64,000 nucleotides of DNA, from NCBI GenBank assembly GCA_034431475.1, contig DAOUDE010000111.1, positions 6,931-70,930 of the forward strand, read 5' to 3'. A program made the position numbers and the translations under genes. Position 1 is the first letter of the stretch. Each line of letters begins with the position of its first letter. Positions 57,032 through 64,000 of the stretch are shown one piece after another. This DNA is from Thermomicrobiales bacterium (GTDB taxonomy: Bacteria > Chloroflexota > Chloroflexia > Thermomicrobiales > UBA6265). The notes beneath the pieces are model-generated. The model was not told the origin of the DNA, searched no databases, and was given only the letters and a program-made list of their open reading frames with translations.

Positions 57032-58119
57032 TCGTGCTGGGCATCGAGACATCGTGCGATGAGACCTCGGCGGCGATCGTCGCGGACGGCCGCCGCGTCT
57101 TCTCCTCCATCGTCTCGTCGCAGTTCGACCTCCACCGTTCCCACGGCGGAGTGGTGCCAGAACTCGCGGCGCGGCGGCATGTCACCTCGATCATCCCGGT
57201 CGTGCAGGAGGCTATTGCCGGGGCCGGCATCGAGCGGGACGACATCGACGCCATCGCCGTCACGCAAGGCCCAGGGTTGGCCGGTTCCCTCGTGGTCGGC
57301 GTCAACGCGGCCAAGGCGATGGCCTACGCCATGCGCCGGCCGCTGGTGGCCGTGAATCACCTGGAAGCGCACATTTACGCCAACTGGCTCGCCCTGCCTG
57401 GTGAAAACCCGCCGGAGCCGCAATTCCCGGTCCTCTGCCTCCTCGTCTCTGGTGGCCACACCGAATTGATCCTGATGCAGCGGCACGGGGTCTTTCAGCA
57501 CCTGGGCCGCACGCTGGACGACGCCGCTGGTGAGGCCTTTGACAAGGGCGCGCGCCTGCTCGGCCTGGGGTTTCCGGGTGGCCCGGCGGTGCAGCGTGCC
57601 GCCGCTACCGGTCGCGCTGGCGCCTTCGAGTTGCCGCGTTCCTGGCTCCCCGGTACGCACAACTTCAGCTTTTCCGGCCTGAAGACCGCGCTGCTGCGCC
57701 TGAGTGAGCCGCTTCGCCTACCGGAAGACGAGGCAGCCCCTGCCCTCGCCCCGGGCACGGCCTTCCGCGAGCACCGGCCACCACGTTTCGCCGAGGACGC
57801 GCCCGTTGCGGACCTCGCGGCGGCCTTCCAGGATGCCATCGTGGAGCCACTGGCGGTAAAGACCGCGCGGGCGGCGGTGGAGACTGGCGCGCAGACGGTG
57901 GTCCTGGCTGGAGGCGTCGCGGCCAACAGCGCGTTGCGGGAGCGTCTCCAGCGGGAGGTGGCGGAACGTGCCGGCCCGGAGGTGGTCATCAACTTCCCGG
58001 CCTTCACCTTCTGCACCGATAACGCCGCCATGGTGGCGGGAGCCGCCGCCTGGGTCATTCGCCGTGGCAACCAGTCCGGCTGGGAAATGGACGTGCACCC
58101 CCGACTGGCGCTGGTCTAG
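57028..58119 (+). CDS. tsaD: t6A carbamoyltransferase TsaD
   Basis: LGIETSCDET, GGVVPELAARRH, NHLEAH, VSGGHT, DDAAGEAFDK, FSFSGLKTA, CTDNAAMVA. Confidence 0.97.
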   Translation: MIVLGIETSCDETSAAIVADGRRVFSSIVSSQFDLHRSHGGVVPELAARRHVTSIIPVVQEAIAGAGIERDDIDAIAVTQGPGLAGSLVVGVNAAKAMAYAMRRPLVAVNHLEAHIYANWLALPGENPPEPQFPVLCLLVSGGHTELILMQRHGVFQHLGRTLDDAAGEAFDKGARLLGLGFPGGPAVQRAAATGRAGAFELPRSWLPGTHNFSFSGLKTALLRLSEPLRLPEDEAAPALAPGTAFREHRPPRFAEDAPVADLAAAFQDAIVEPLAVKTARAAVETGAQTVVLAGGVAANSALRERLQREVAERAGPEVVINFPAFTFCTDNAAMVAGAAAWVIRRGNQSGWEMDVHPRLALV

Positions 58120-58221
58120 CGAGAGACGCTTCCCGGCAATCATGGCAAGATGCCGCGAGCAACCATTCCCCACCCGTGCTCCGCCGGGCACGGGTTCTTG
58201 ACCATGGAAAGGGCCTCGCAC

Positions 58222-59019
58222 GTGACCGATCCGCAACTCCAGGTCTTCGCCGATGTGGCGGTGGCTGTCGCCCTCGATGCGGGCGCCATCCTGCGCGGCC
58301 GCTACGGGCAACCGCACGACATCAGCCTGAAAGGCCCGCTCGACCTGGTGACGGAAGCCGACCGGGCGGCGGAATTGCTCATCGCCTCCCGCCTGCGCTC
58401 CGCTTTCCCGGATCATGATCTGCTGGGCGAGGAAGGGAGTCGCAGCGAGAACACGGGCGCGCGCTACCGCTGGGTGATCGACCCACTGGATGGCACCACC
58501 AACTTCGCCCACGGCCTGCCCACCTTCGCTGTTTCCATCGCCCTGGAGGACGCCGGGCAGCCGGTGGCCGGCGTGATCTATGACCCGATGCGCAACGAGC
58601 TTTTCCGGGCCATCAAGGGTGGCGGCGCCACGCTCAACGGCGAACCGATCCACGTCTCGCGCATCGAGCAGCTTCAATCCGCAATCCTGGTGACGGGCTT
58701 CGCGCACACGCTGGAGCAGCGCCGCCTCCAGGGTCTCGCCTGGTGTGGCCTGCTGGAGCGCGTCCGGGCGTTGCGCCAGACTGGCTCCGCCGCCCTGAAC
58801 CTCTGCTACGTTGCCGCGGGGCGACTGGAGGGCTACTGGGAGCGCGGCATCCAGCCCTGGGATGTCTCCGCCGGTGCGCTGCTCGTCAGCGAAGCTGGGG
58901 GGCGAGTGACGGATCGCGAGGGTGGACCGTTCAACGCCCATGACCGGGTGGTGGTCGCCACCAACGGCCTCGTGCATCAGGACTTGCTTGCAATCCTGCG
59001 TGAATATCCCGACGAATAG
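58222..59019 (+). CDS. suhB: Inositol monophosphatase family protein
   Basis: DLVTEAD, GEE, WVIDPLDGTTNFAHG, GSAALNLCYVA, PWDVSAG. Confidence 0.92.
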   Translation: MTDPQLQVFADVAVAVALDAGAILRGRYGQPHDISLKGPLDLVTEADRAAELLIASRLRSAFPDHDLLGEEGSRSENTGARYRWVIDPLDGTTNFAHGLPTFAVSIALEDAGQPVAGVIYDPMRNELFRAIKGGGATLNGEPIHVSRIEQLQSAILVTGFAHTLEQRRLQGLAWCGLLERVRALRQTGSAALNLCYVAAGRLEGYWERGIQPWDVSAGALLVSEAGGRVTDREGGPFNAHDRVVVATNGLVHQDLLAILREYPDE

Positions 59020-59161
59020 CCAGAGTTCGATTCAGGCGCAATCGCCAGAGCCTCTTCCGTCGCGCATCGGCTATGATGGCCCCGCCCAGGGTGGCGCGGC
59101 GATGCCTCCGTGGAGCGACGTGTGCGGTTTCACGCGCCGCCCCTGATAGGGAGGAAGATCA

Positions 59162-59491
59162 ATGAAGCTCGTAATCGCCATTGTGCAGGATGAGGATACG
59201 TCGGCGCTGACCGAGGCCCTGATTGCCGCGGGGCACCGGTTCACGAAGGTGAGTACCACCGGTTCCTTCCTGCGCACCGGAAACACCAGTCTGCTCATTG
59301 GCGTCCCGGACGACCAGGTCGCATCAGTGCAGGCGATCTTGCGGCGGACCTGCCGTAGGCGGACGCAAGTTGCGGTGCCGTACTCTCCCGCGCTGGAGCC
59401 TGGTCTCCTGTACATGCCGGAGAATTTCGAGGTGGAAGTCGGCGGCGCGGTGGTCTTCGTCATCGATGTCGAGCGCTTCGAGCGCCTGTAG
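59162..59491 (+). CDS. darA: PII-like cyclic-di-AMP receptor (DarA/PstA/YaaQ family)
   Basis: MKLVIAIVQDED, TKVSTTGSFLRTGNTSLLIGV, EVGGAVVFV; GGGAGGAAG RBS. Confidence 0.9.
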   Translation: MKLVIAIVQDEDTSALTEALIAAGHRFTKVSTTGSFLRTGNTSLLIGVPDDQVASVQAILRRTCRRRTQVAVPYSPALEPGLLYMPENFEVEVGGAVVFVIDVERFERL

Positions 59492-59565
59492 CACCTGCTG
59501 TTACACGCAGTTTTGGCGCGCGCTGGATGCGCCGAGTGGCGCCGCGCGCCAGGAAAGGAACCCGC

Positions 59566-60747
59566 ATGACCGGCTCGCCCGCTGAGCGAGTCAACCGCGA
59601 CGAGATCGTTGCGCTTGCCAGCCGCCTCATTGCCACGCCGAGCACGAGCGGCGAAGAACGCGCGGTCATGGCTGACGTCGTGGCGTGGTGCGCCGAGCAG
59701 GGTATTTCCTGCGAGGTGGTCGCGCTCGATCCGGCGCGCCCCAATGTCATCGTCACGCTGGGCGATGCCGACGCTGGCCCGACGGTCGTCATGAACGGGC
59801 ATCTGGACACCGTGCCCGTCTCCGATGCAGGCTCCTGGCAGTCGCCGCCGTTCGTGCCCACGCTCAGTGCCGACGGCAGCAGGCTGGTGGGGCGCGGCGC
59901 TTCAGACATGAAGAGCGCGGTCGCGGTCATGCTCTACGTCATGCAATTGCTGAAGGACACCCCACTCAAGGGTCGGGTGCAGGTTCACGTGGTCAGCGAT
60001 GAGGAAGTGGGCGGCAAGTTCGGCACCATCTTTGTCCTGGACGAAATCGCGGCTGCCCGCCTCCCTCGCCCCGACTACTGCCTGATTGGCGAGAAGAGCG
60101 ACCTCAAGGTCCGCAACGCCGAGCGCGGCCTGCTGGCCGTGCGGGTCACGGTGCATGGCCGCGCCTCGCACACGGCGGCTGCCCGCGCCACCGGCATCAA
60201 TGCCATCATGCTGGCCAGCAAGGCGATCCTCGCGCTCGAACAGGACATCGACAAGTTTCACCCAGCCATCGGCAAGCCAGTTATCAGCATCAACACCATC
60301 CAGGCTGGCGTGGCGCACAACGTGGTGCCGGGCGAAGCGACATTCACCATCGACCGCCGCCTGATTCCGGGTGAAACGCTGGAAAGCGCCGTCGCCGAGA
60401 TGGAGGAAGCCTTCGCGCGGGTCGCCGCCGAAGATCCCCGCTTCCGCTACACCCTGGACGTCAACCCGGATGGCGATTTCATTCCCGCCAACATCACCGA
60501 GGACACCTCGCCCCTCGTGCAGGCGGTCCAGGCAAGCGTTCGCGAGGTCACTGGCCAGGAGCCGGAGTACTTCGTGGCGTGGGCGGGTGCGACTGATGGC
60601 CGTTTCTACCGTCAGGCAGGCATCGACACCGTGGGCTACGGCCCCGGCGGAGAAAACGCGCACGGCGCCAACGAGGCCGTCTTCGTTGACGACCTCGTGA
60701 CGCAGGCGAAGGTTTACGCGGACACGATCACGCGTCTGCTGGGCTAG
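59566..60747 (+). CDS. M20 family (ArgE/DapE-like) metallopeptidase/deacylase
   Basis: NGHLDTVP, GRGASDMKS, DEEVGG, IGE, GATDG, AHGANE. Confidence 0.93.
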   Translation: MTGSPAERVNRDEIVALASRLIATPSTSGEERAVMADVVAWCAEQGISCEVVALDPARPNVIVTLGDADAGPTVVMNGHLDTVPVSDAGSWQSPPFVPTLSADGSRLVGRGASDMKSAVAVMLYVMQLLKDTPLKGRVQVHVVSDEEVGGKFGTIFVLDEIAAARLPRPDYCLIGEKSDLKVRNAERGLLAVRVTVHGRASHTAAARATGINAIMLASKAILALEQDIDKFHPAIGKPVISINTIQAGVAHNVVPGEATFTIDRRLIPGETLESAVAEMEEAFARVAAEDPRFRYTLDVNPDGDFIPANITEDTSPLVQAVQASVREVTGQEPEYFVAWAGATDGRFYRQAGIDTVGYGPGGENAHGANEAVFVDDLVTQAKVYADTITRLLG

Positions 60748-62713
60748 CGCCCGCCGGCAAGTAACGCGCCAGCCAATCCACGATGCGGTTCATCAGGTCG
60801 ATCTGGTGCGCCCGCTCGCTGATGCCGTGCTTTTCCCGCGGGTAGCGCACGAAGCGCACCGGCACCCCGCGTACCTTGAGGGCGCGGAAGTACTCCATGC
60901 CCTGGGCCGGGTGAACCCGGGCGTCGGAATCGCCGTGCAGGATCAGCGTCGGCGTGACCACGTTGGCGATGTATCGAATCGGCGAGGCTGCCCAGTACAT
61001 CTCCATGTGGTCGTAGGGGTGGCCGGGGAAATAGAGCAGGTTCGCCGACGGAATATCGTCCTGGCCGTGATCGGATATGAGGTTGGCGAGACCTGCGCCC
61101 ATGATGGCGGCCTTGAAGATGTCGGTCTGCGTGATCGTCCAGGCGGTCAGGTAACCGCCCCAGCTCCAGCCGCCAATGCCAAGCCGCTCCGGATCCGCGA
61201 TACCCCGCTCGACCATCGCCAGCGCGCCGGTCACCAGGTCGCGGGATTCGCCTCCCCCGATATCGTCCTGGAGCAGCTTCTGGAACTCGTGCCCGTAGGC
61301 AGTGCTGCCGCGCGGATTCGGCATCAGCACAGCGTAGCCGTGGCTGGCCAGCATCTGCGCCCAGTCATGCCAGTCCAGCATGACCCGGTCCTCCCACTGC
61401 CAGGAGGGACCACCGTGGATCTCCACGACCAGCGGGTAGCGCTTTCCCGCCTTGTAGCCCGCCGGGTAGGTCAGGATACCTTCGACCTCGACCCCGCCGT
61501 CGCTCAGCCACGTTACGTGCTCAACGGGCTGCAGGCGGTCCACAAAAGCCGCCCCGAGTGAGGTAACCCTGGTCGGATCACTGGCAGTCTTGCCCAGGAA
61601 AAGTTCCTCGGGCGTGGTGCTGTCGCTCCAGATCACCGCCACCTTGCTGCCATCACGTGAGAAGGACGGCCCGCCGATGATGCTCCCCCGCTCCGCCATC
61701 GAGGGCGGCGTCAGCGGCGTCAGCTCTCCGGTCTCGACATCCACCGCGTAGAGCCGGGCGCGGGTCCGCTCCACGATACGGGCCACGACCTTGCCGGGAT
61801 GCCCCGGCCACTCCGCGAGCCCTTCCACAATGCCGCTTAGTTGCGGCAGGAGGTTGGTGGCCTCGCCCCCCTCGAACGCCACCGTCCAGACCGATTCCGA
61901 AGGCTGGGCGCGGTGTCCATCGATGCGCAATGCCACCTGCCGCCCGGCTGACGTGTCCACGACCACCGGGGCGGAGCCGGTGGTCCTCAGGTTGGCGATG
62001 AGGCGGGAACGGCCGCCGCTGAGCGGTGTCTCCCAGAGCTGGCTCGGCCCCATGGCCGCGTCCCACCCGATCTCGTCTGTGGTGAGGACGACGAGGCCAT
62101 TACTCTCGGGGAGCCAGGTAAAGTCGCGCACTTCGCGGTCGGCAGTGGTGAGCAGGCGAGCCTTGCCCGAGGTGACGTCAATCGCCCACAAGCGTGTGAA
62201 GTACGGTTCCTCTTCCACCACAATCGCGTCGTCACGGTCCTTTTTGCGCTTCTTGACCTCGTCTGGCTCGGGATCTGTGCGCAGAACCGCTACAAAGCGG
62301 CCATCCGGCGACCACTTCGGCTGCGAGAGAGTTCCCTTCAGGCTGCCAAGCGGCGCGGCTTCGCCGCCCGCGATGGGGAGCAGGAAGAGCTGGCTTCCGT
62401 CGTCGTCCTTCTCCAACCGGTCGGAGATGAAGAGCAGATGCTTGCCATCCGGGGACCAGCGCGGGGAGCCATCGGCGTGGACGCCCGCCGTGACCTGGCG
62501 CGGAGATTCGTCTTCGCCCGCGATCCAGATTGCGTGGGCCGCCTTTTCGCCCTGCTGGCCGTTGGGCATCACCACGTAGGCCACGCGGCGTCCATCTGGC
62601 GAAACAGTCGGAGAGGCCGGTGTCTGTCGGTCTGCCAGTTCGGTTGCAGTGAGTGGGCGCGTCGCTGGCGCGGCCGTTGCGGCCTCGGCTGCCGGGGCTG
62701 TGGTTGCGGTCAA
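60728..62713 (-). CDS. S9 family peptidase (acylaminoacyl/dipeptidyl peptidase)
   Basis: PD40-like propeller, IHGGP, PNPRGS, GGWSWGG, LHGDSD, REKHG; TTG start with GGAGG RBS. Confidence 0.95.
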   Translation of the reverse strand: MTATTAPAAEAATAAPATRPLTATELADRQTPASPTVSPDGRRVAYVVMPNGQQGEKAAHAIWIAGEDESPRQVTAGVHADGSPRWSPDGKHLLFISDRLEKDDDGSQLFLLPIAGGEAAPLGSLKGTLSQPKWSPDGRFVAVLRTDPEPDEVKKRKKDRDDAIVVEEEPYFTRLWAIDVTSGKARLLTTADREVRDFTWLPESNGLVVLTTDEIGWDAAMGPSQLWETPLSGGRSRLIANLRTTGSAPVVVDTSAGRQVALRIDGHRAQPSESVWTVAFEGGEATNLLPQLSGIVEGLAEWPGHPGKVVARIVERTRARLYAVDVETGELTPLTPPSMAERGSIIGGPSFSRDGSKVAVIWSDSTTPEELFLGKTASDPTRVTSLGAAFVDRLQPVEHVTWLSDGGVEVEGILTYPAGYKAGKRYPLVVEIHGGPSWQWEDRVMLDWHDWAQMLASHGYAVLMPNPRGSTAYGHEFQKLLQDDIGGGESRDLVTGALAMVERGIADPERLGIGGWSWGGYLTAWTITQTDIFKAAIMGAGLANLISDHGQDDIPSANLLYFPGHPYDHMEMYWAASPIRYIANVVTPTLILHGDSDARVHPAQGMEYFRALKVRGVPVRFVRYPREKHGISERAHQIDLMNRIVDWLARYLPAGASPADA

Positions 62714-62915
62714 GGGAACCTCCAGTAGACGATACGGGAACGAGGCTGGCAGCGCAGCCGCGCCCGCCCGTGCGCGCGTGTGCGGGGGATCATATCCGAG
62801 CCCATGCGGCACGCCAATCCGCGACCCCGTTTGTGCTCGCAAGACAGCGCGCCGCCGCCGGAGCCGCCTAGACTGGACGCGGCAACCCGGTGACGACGAG
62901 GCGGGAGATACGCCC

Positions 62916-64000
62916 ATGGCTCAGAACGAGGTGGCGCCTGACACCGTGCCGGCGCGAACCCTCTCGGACGACGTTTATCTGCTCGCAGGGCTGCTGGGCG
63001 AGGTCCTGCAGTCCTCGAGTGGCGACCGCGCCTTCGCCCTCACGGAAGAGGCCCGCGCCAACGCCAAGGCCCTGCGTAACGGAGACCTCTCTGCCGGCCG
63101 GGCCCTCGACGCACTGGTCCAGAACCTGAGTGGCGATGAGGCCGAATCCCTGGTGCGCTCCTTCACCAATTACTTTCAGCTCATCAACCTGGCCGAGGAC
63201 AGCGAGCGAATTCGCCGCATCCGCGCCCGCGAAATGCGAGATCCAGGGCCACGGCGCGGCTCGGTCCGTGAAGCGATCGGGCTCCTGGCTGAGCGCGATA
63301 TCTCCAGCGAGCGCCTGACGGAACTGCTGGAGCACGCCCAGATTCGCCTGGTGCTGACTGCTCACCCCACCGAGGCCCGGCGGCGGACCATCATTGCCAA
63401 GCTCGCGCGAATCTTCGCTTTCCTGCGCGATCTGGACGAGCGCAGCCTGACCGAGGATGAAGCATCTCGCCTGCAGCAACGGCTGGCTCACACCATCGAG
63501 GAGCTCTGGTACTCGGATGAAGTGCGCGCGATCGGTCTGACGGTACTGGACGAAGTGCGGACCAGCCTCGTGTACCTGCTCTCCACCTTCGTCGAGGTCT
63601 TGCCGCAGATCTATCGCGATCTGGAAACGGCCATCGCGGAGTACTACCCCGGCCTGCGGCTTGACCTGCCGCCGTTGCTCATGCCGGGTACCTGGATCGG
63701 CGGGGACCGCGACGGCAATCCGTTTGTGACCCCGGAGGTCACACTGCAGGCACTGGGCATCATGCGAACCGCAGCTCTGGAGATGCTCGAGAGCAGGCTG
63801 ATCGAGCTCTCCGGGCGAATCTCGGTCGCGGAGAGCATCTCCGGCCCGGCGCCACTCCTCGACCCGTTGATTGCAGAGCTTGGCAGGTTGTTTCCGGATA
63901 CCGCAGCCACCGTGGCCCGGCTCAATGCCGAAGAGCCGTACCGGCAAGTGCTGACGCTCATGCGGGAGCGTGTGCGGGCCGCACTTGAGGATCGCCCGGA
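62916..64000 (+). CDS. ppc: Phosphoenolpyruvate carboxylase, truncated by the window end
   Basis: Translated by hand from ATG 62916: LSDDVYLLAGLLGEVL, RSFTNYFQLINLAED, VLTAHPTE, GTWIGGDRDGNPFVT; open to the end of the window. Confidence 0.95.
   Translation, partial: MAQNEVAPDTVPARTLSDDVYLLAGLLGEVLQSSSGDRAFALTEEARANAKALRNGDLSAGRALDALVQNLSGDEAESLVRSFTNYFQLINLAEDSERIRRIRAREMRDPGPRRGSVREAIGLLAERDISSERLTELLEHAQIRLVLTAHPTEARRRTIIAKLARIFAFLRDLDERSLTEDEASRLQQRLAHTIEELWYSDEVRAIGLTVLDEVRTSLVYLLSTFVEVLPQIYRDLETAIAEYYPGLRLDLPPLLMPGTWIGGDRDGNPFVTPEVTLQALGIMRTAALEMLESRLIELSGRISVAESISGPAPLLDPLIAELGRLFPDTAATVARLNAEEPYRQVLTLMRERVRAALEDRP

Noticed and set aside
59020-59161. c-di-AMP (ydaO) riboswitch upstream of darA
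   Set aside because: Only AATCGC matches; the remaining conserved blocks are absent
60728-60747. Convergent gene overlaps (20 nt here, 12 nt proC/rnz, 4 nt mgtC/trmH, cca/DUF4397 and helY/membrane gene)
   Set aside because: Short 3' overlaps are common in compact high-GC genomes and need no special explanation
1-64000. Anti-phage defence island, toxin-antitoxin pair, retron/RT, integron or transposase
   Set aside because: No such motifs found; the helicase is HelY-like in a housekeeping context with no nuclease partner

Overview
A GC-rich, gene-dense chromosomal segment with about 60 CDSs. Gene content and exported-protein style suggest Chloroflexota, probably Thermomicrobiales-like (inference). 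It is mostly housekeeping and physiology: proC, rnz, rusA, guaA, trmH, a phosphate module (OmpR/PhoB-type regulator, pstSCAB, phoU), a CtpA protease, Glu dehydrogenase, gatB, an orphan NuoG/FdhF-like Fe-S protein with NuoI, an aldehyde dehydrogenase, a double-GAF HisKA_2 kinase, a complete seven-gene Mrp antiporter operon, a PadR-ABC pair, a CNNM/hemolysin protein, CCA-adding enzyme, alkaline phosphatase, thiL, a HelY-like helicase, tsaE-tsaB-rimI-tsaD, suhB, the c-di-AMP receptor DarA, M20 and S9 peptidases, and the 5' part of ppc (absent from the ORF track because it runs off the window end). I found no tRNA, rRNA, CRISPR array, transposase, integrase or recognisable defence island, and no clearly new multi-gene system. 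The best leads are: (1) a five-cluster FdhF/FdsA-type protein whose Mo-ligand Sec/Cys-His pair is replaced by Gln-Gln, paired with a lone nuoI; (2) exported proteins, including a PstS without a lipobox, that share Thr-Pro (ATPxA) tails and a Gln at +1, hinting at a lineage-specific envelope modification or retention route; (3) a nested palindromic REP-like element; (4) a candidate small ORF/terminator/antiterminator attenuator; (5) a candidate structured ncRNA; (6) a probable ATT start codon; (7) a signal-less alkaline phosphatase; (8) an EExxH SprT-like protein. All calls come from manual motif reading; no searches were run.
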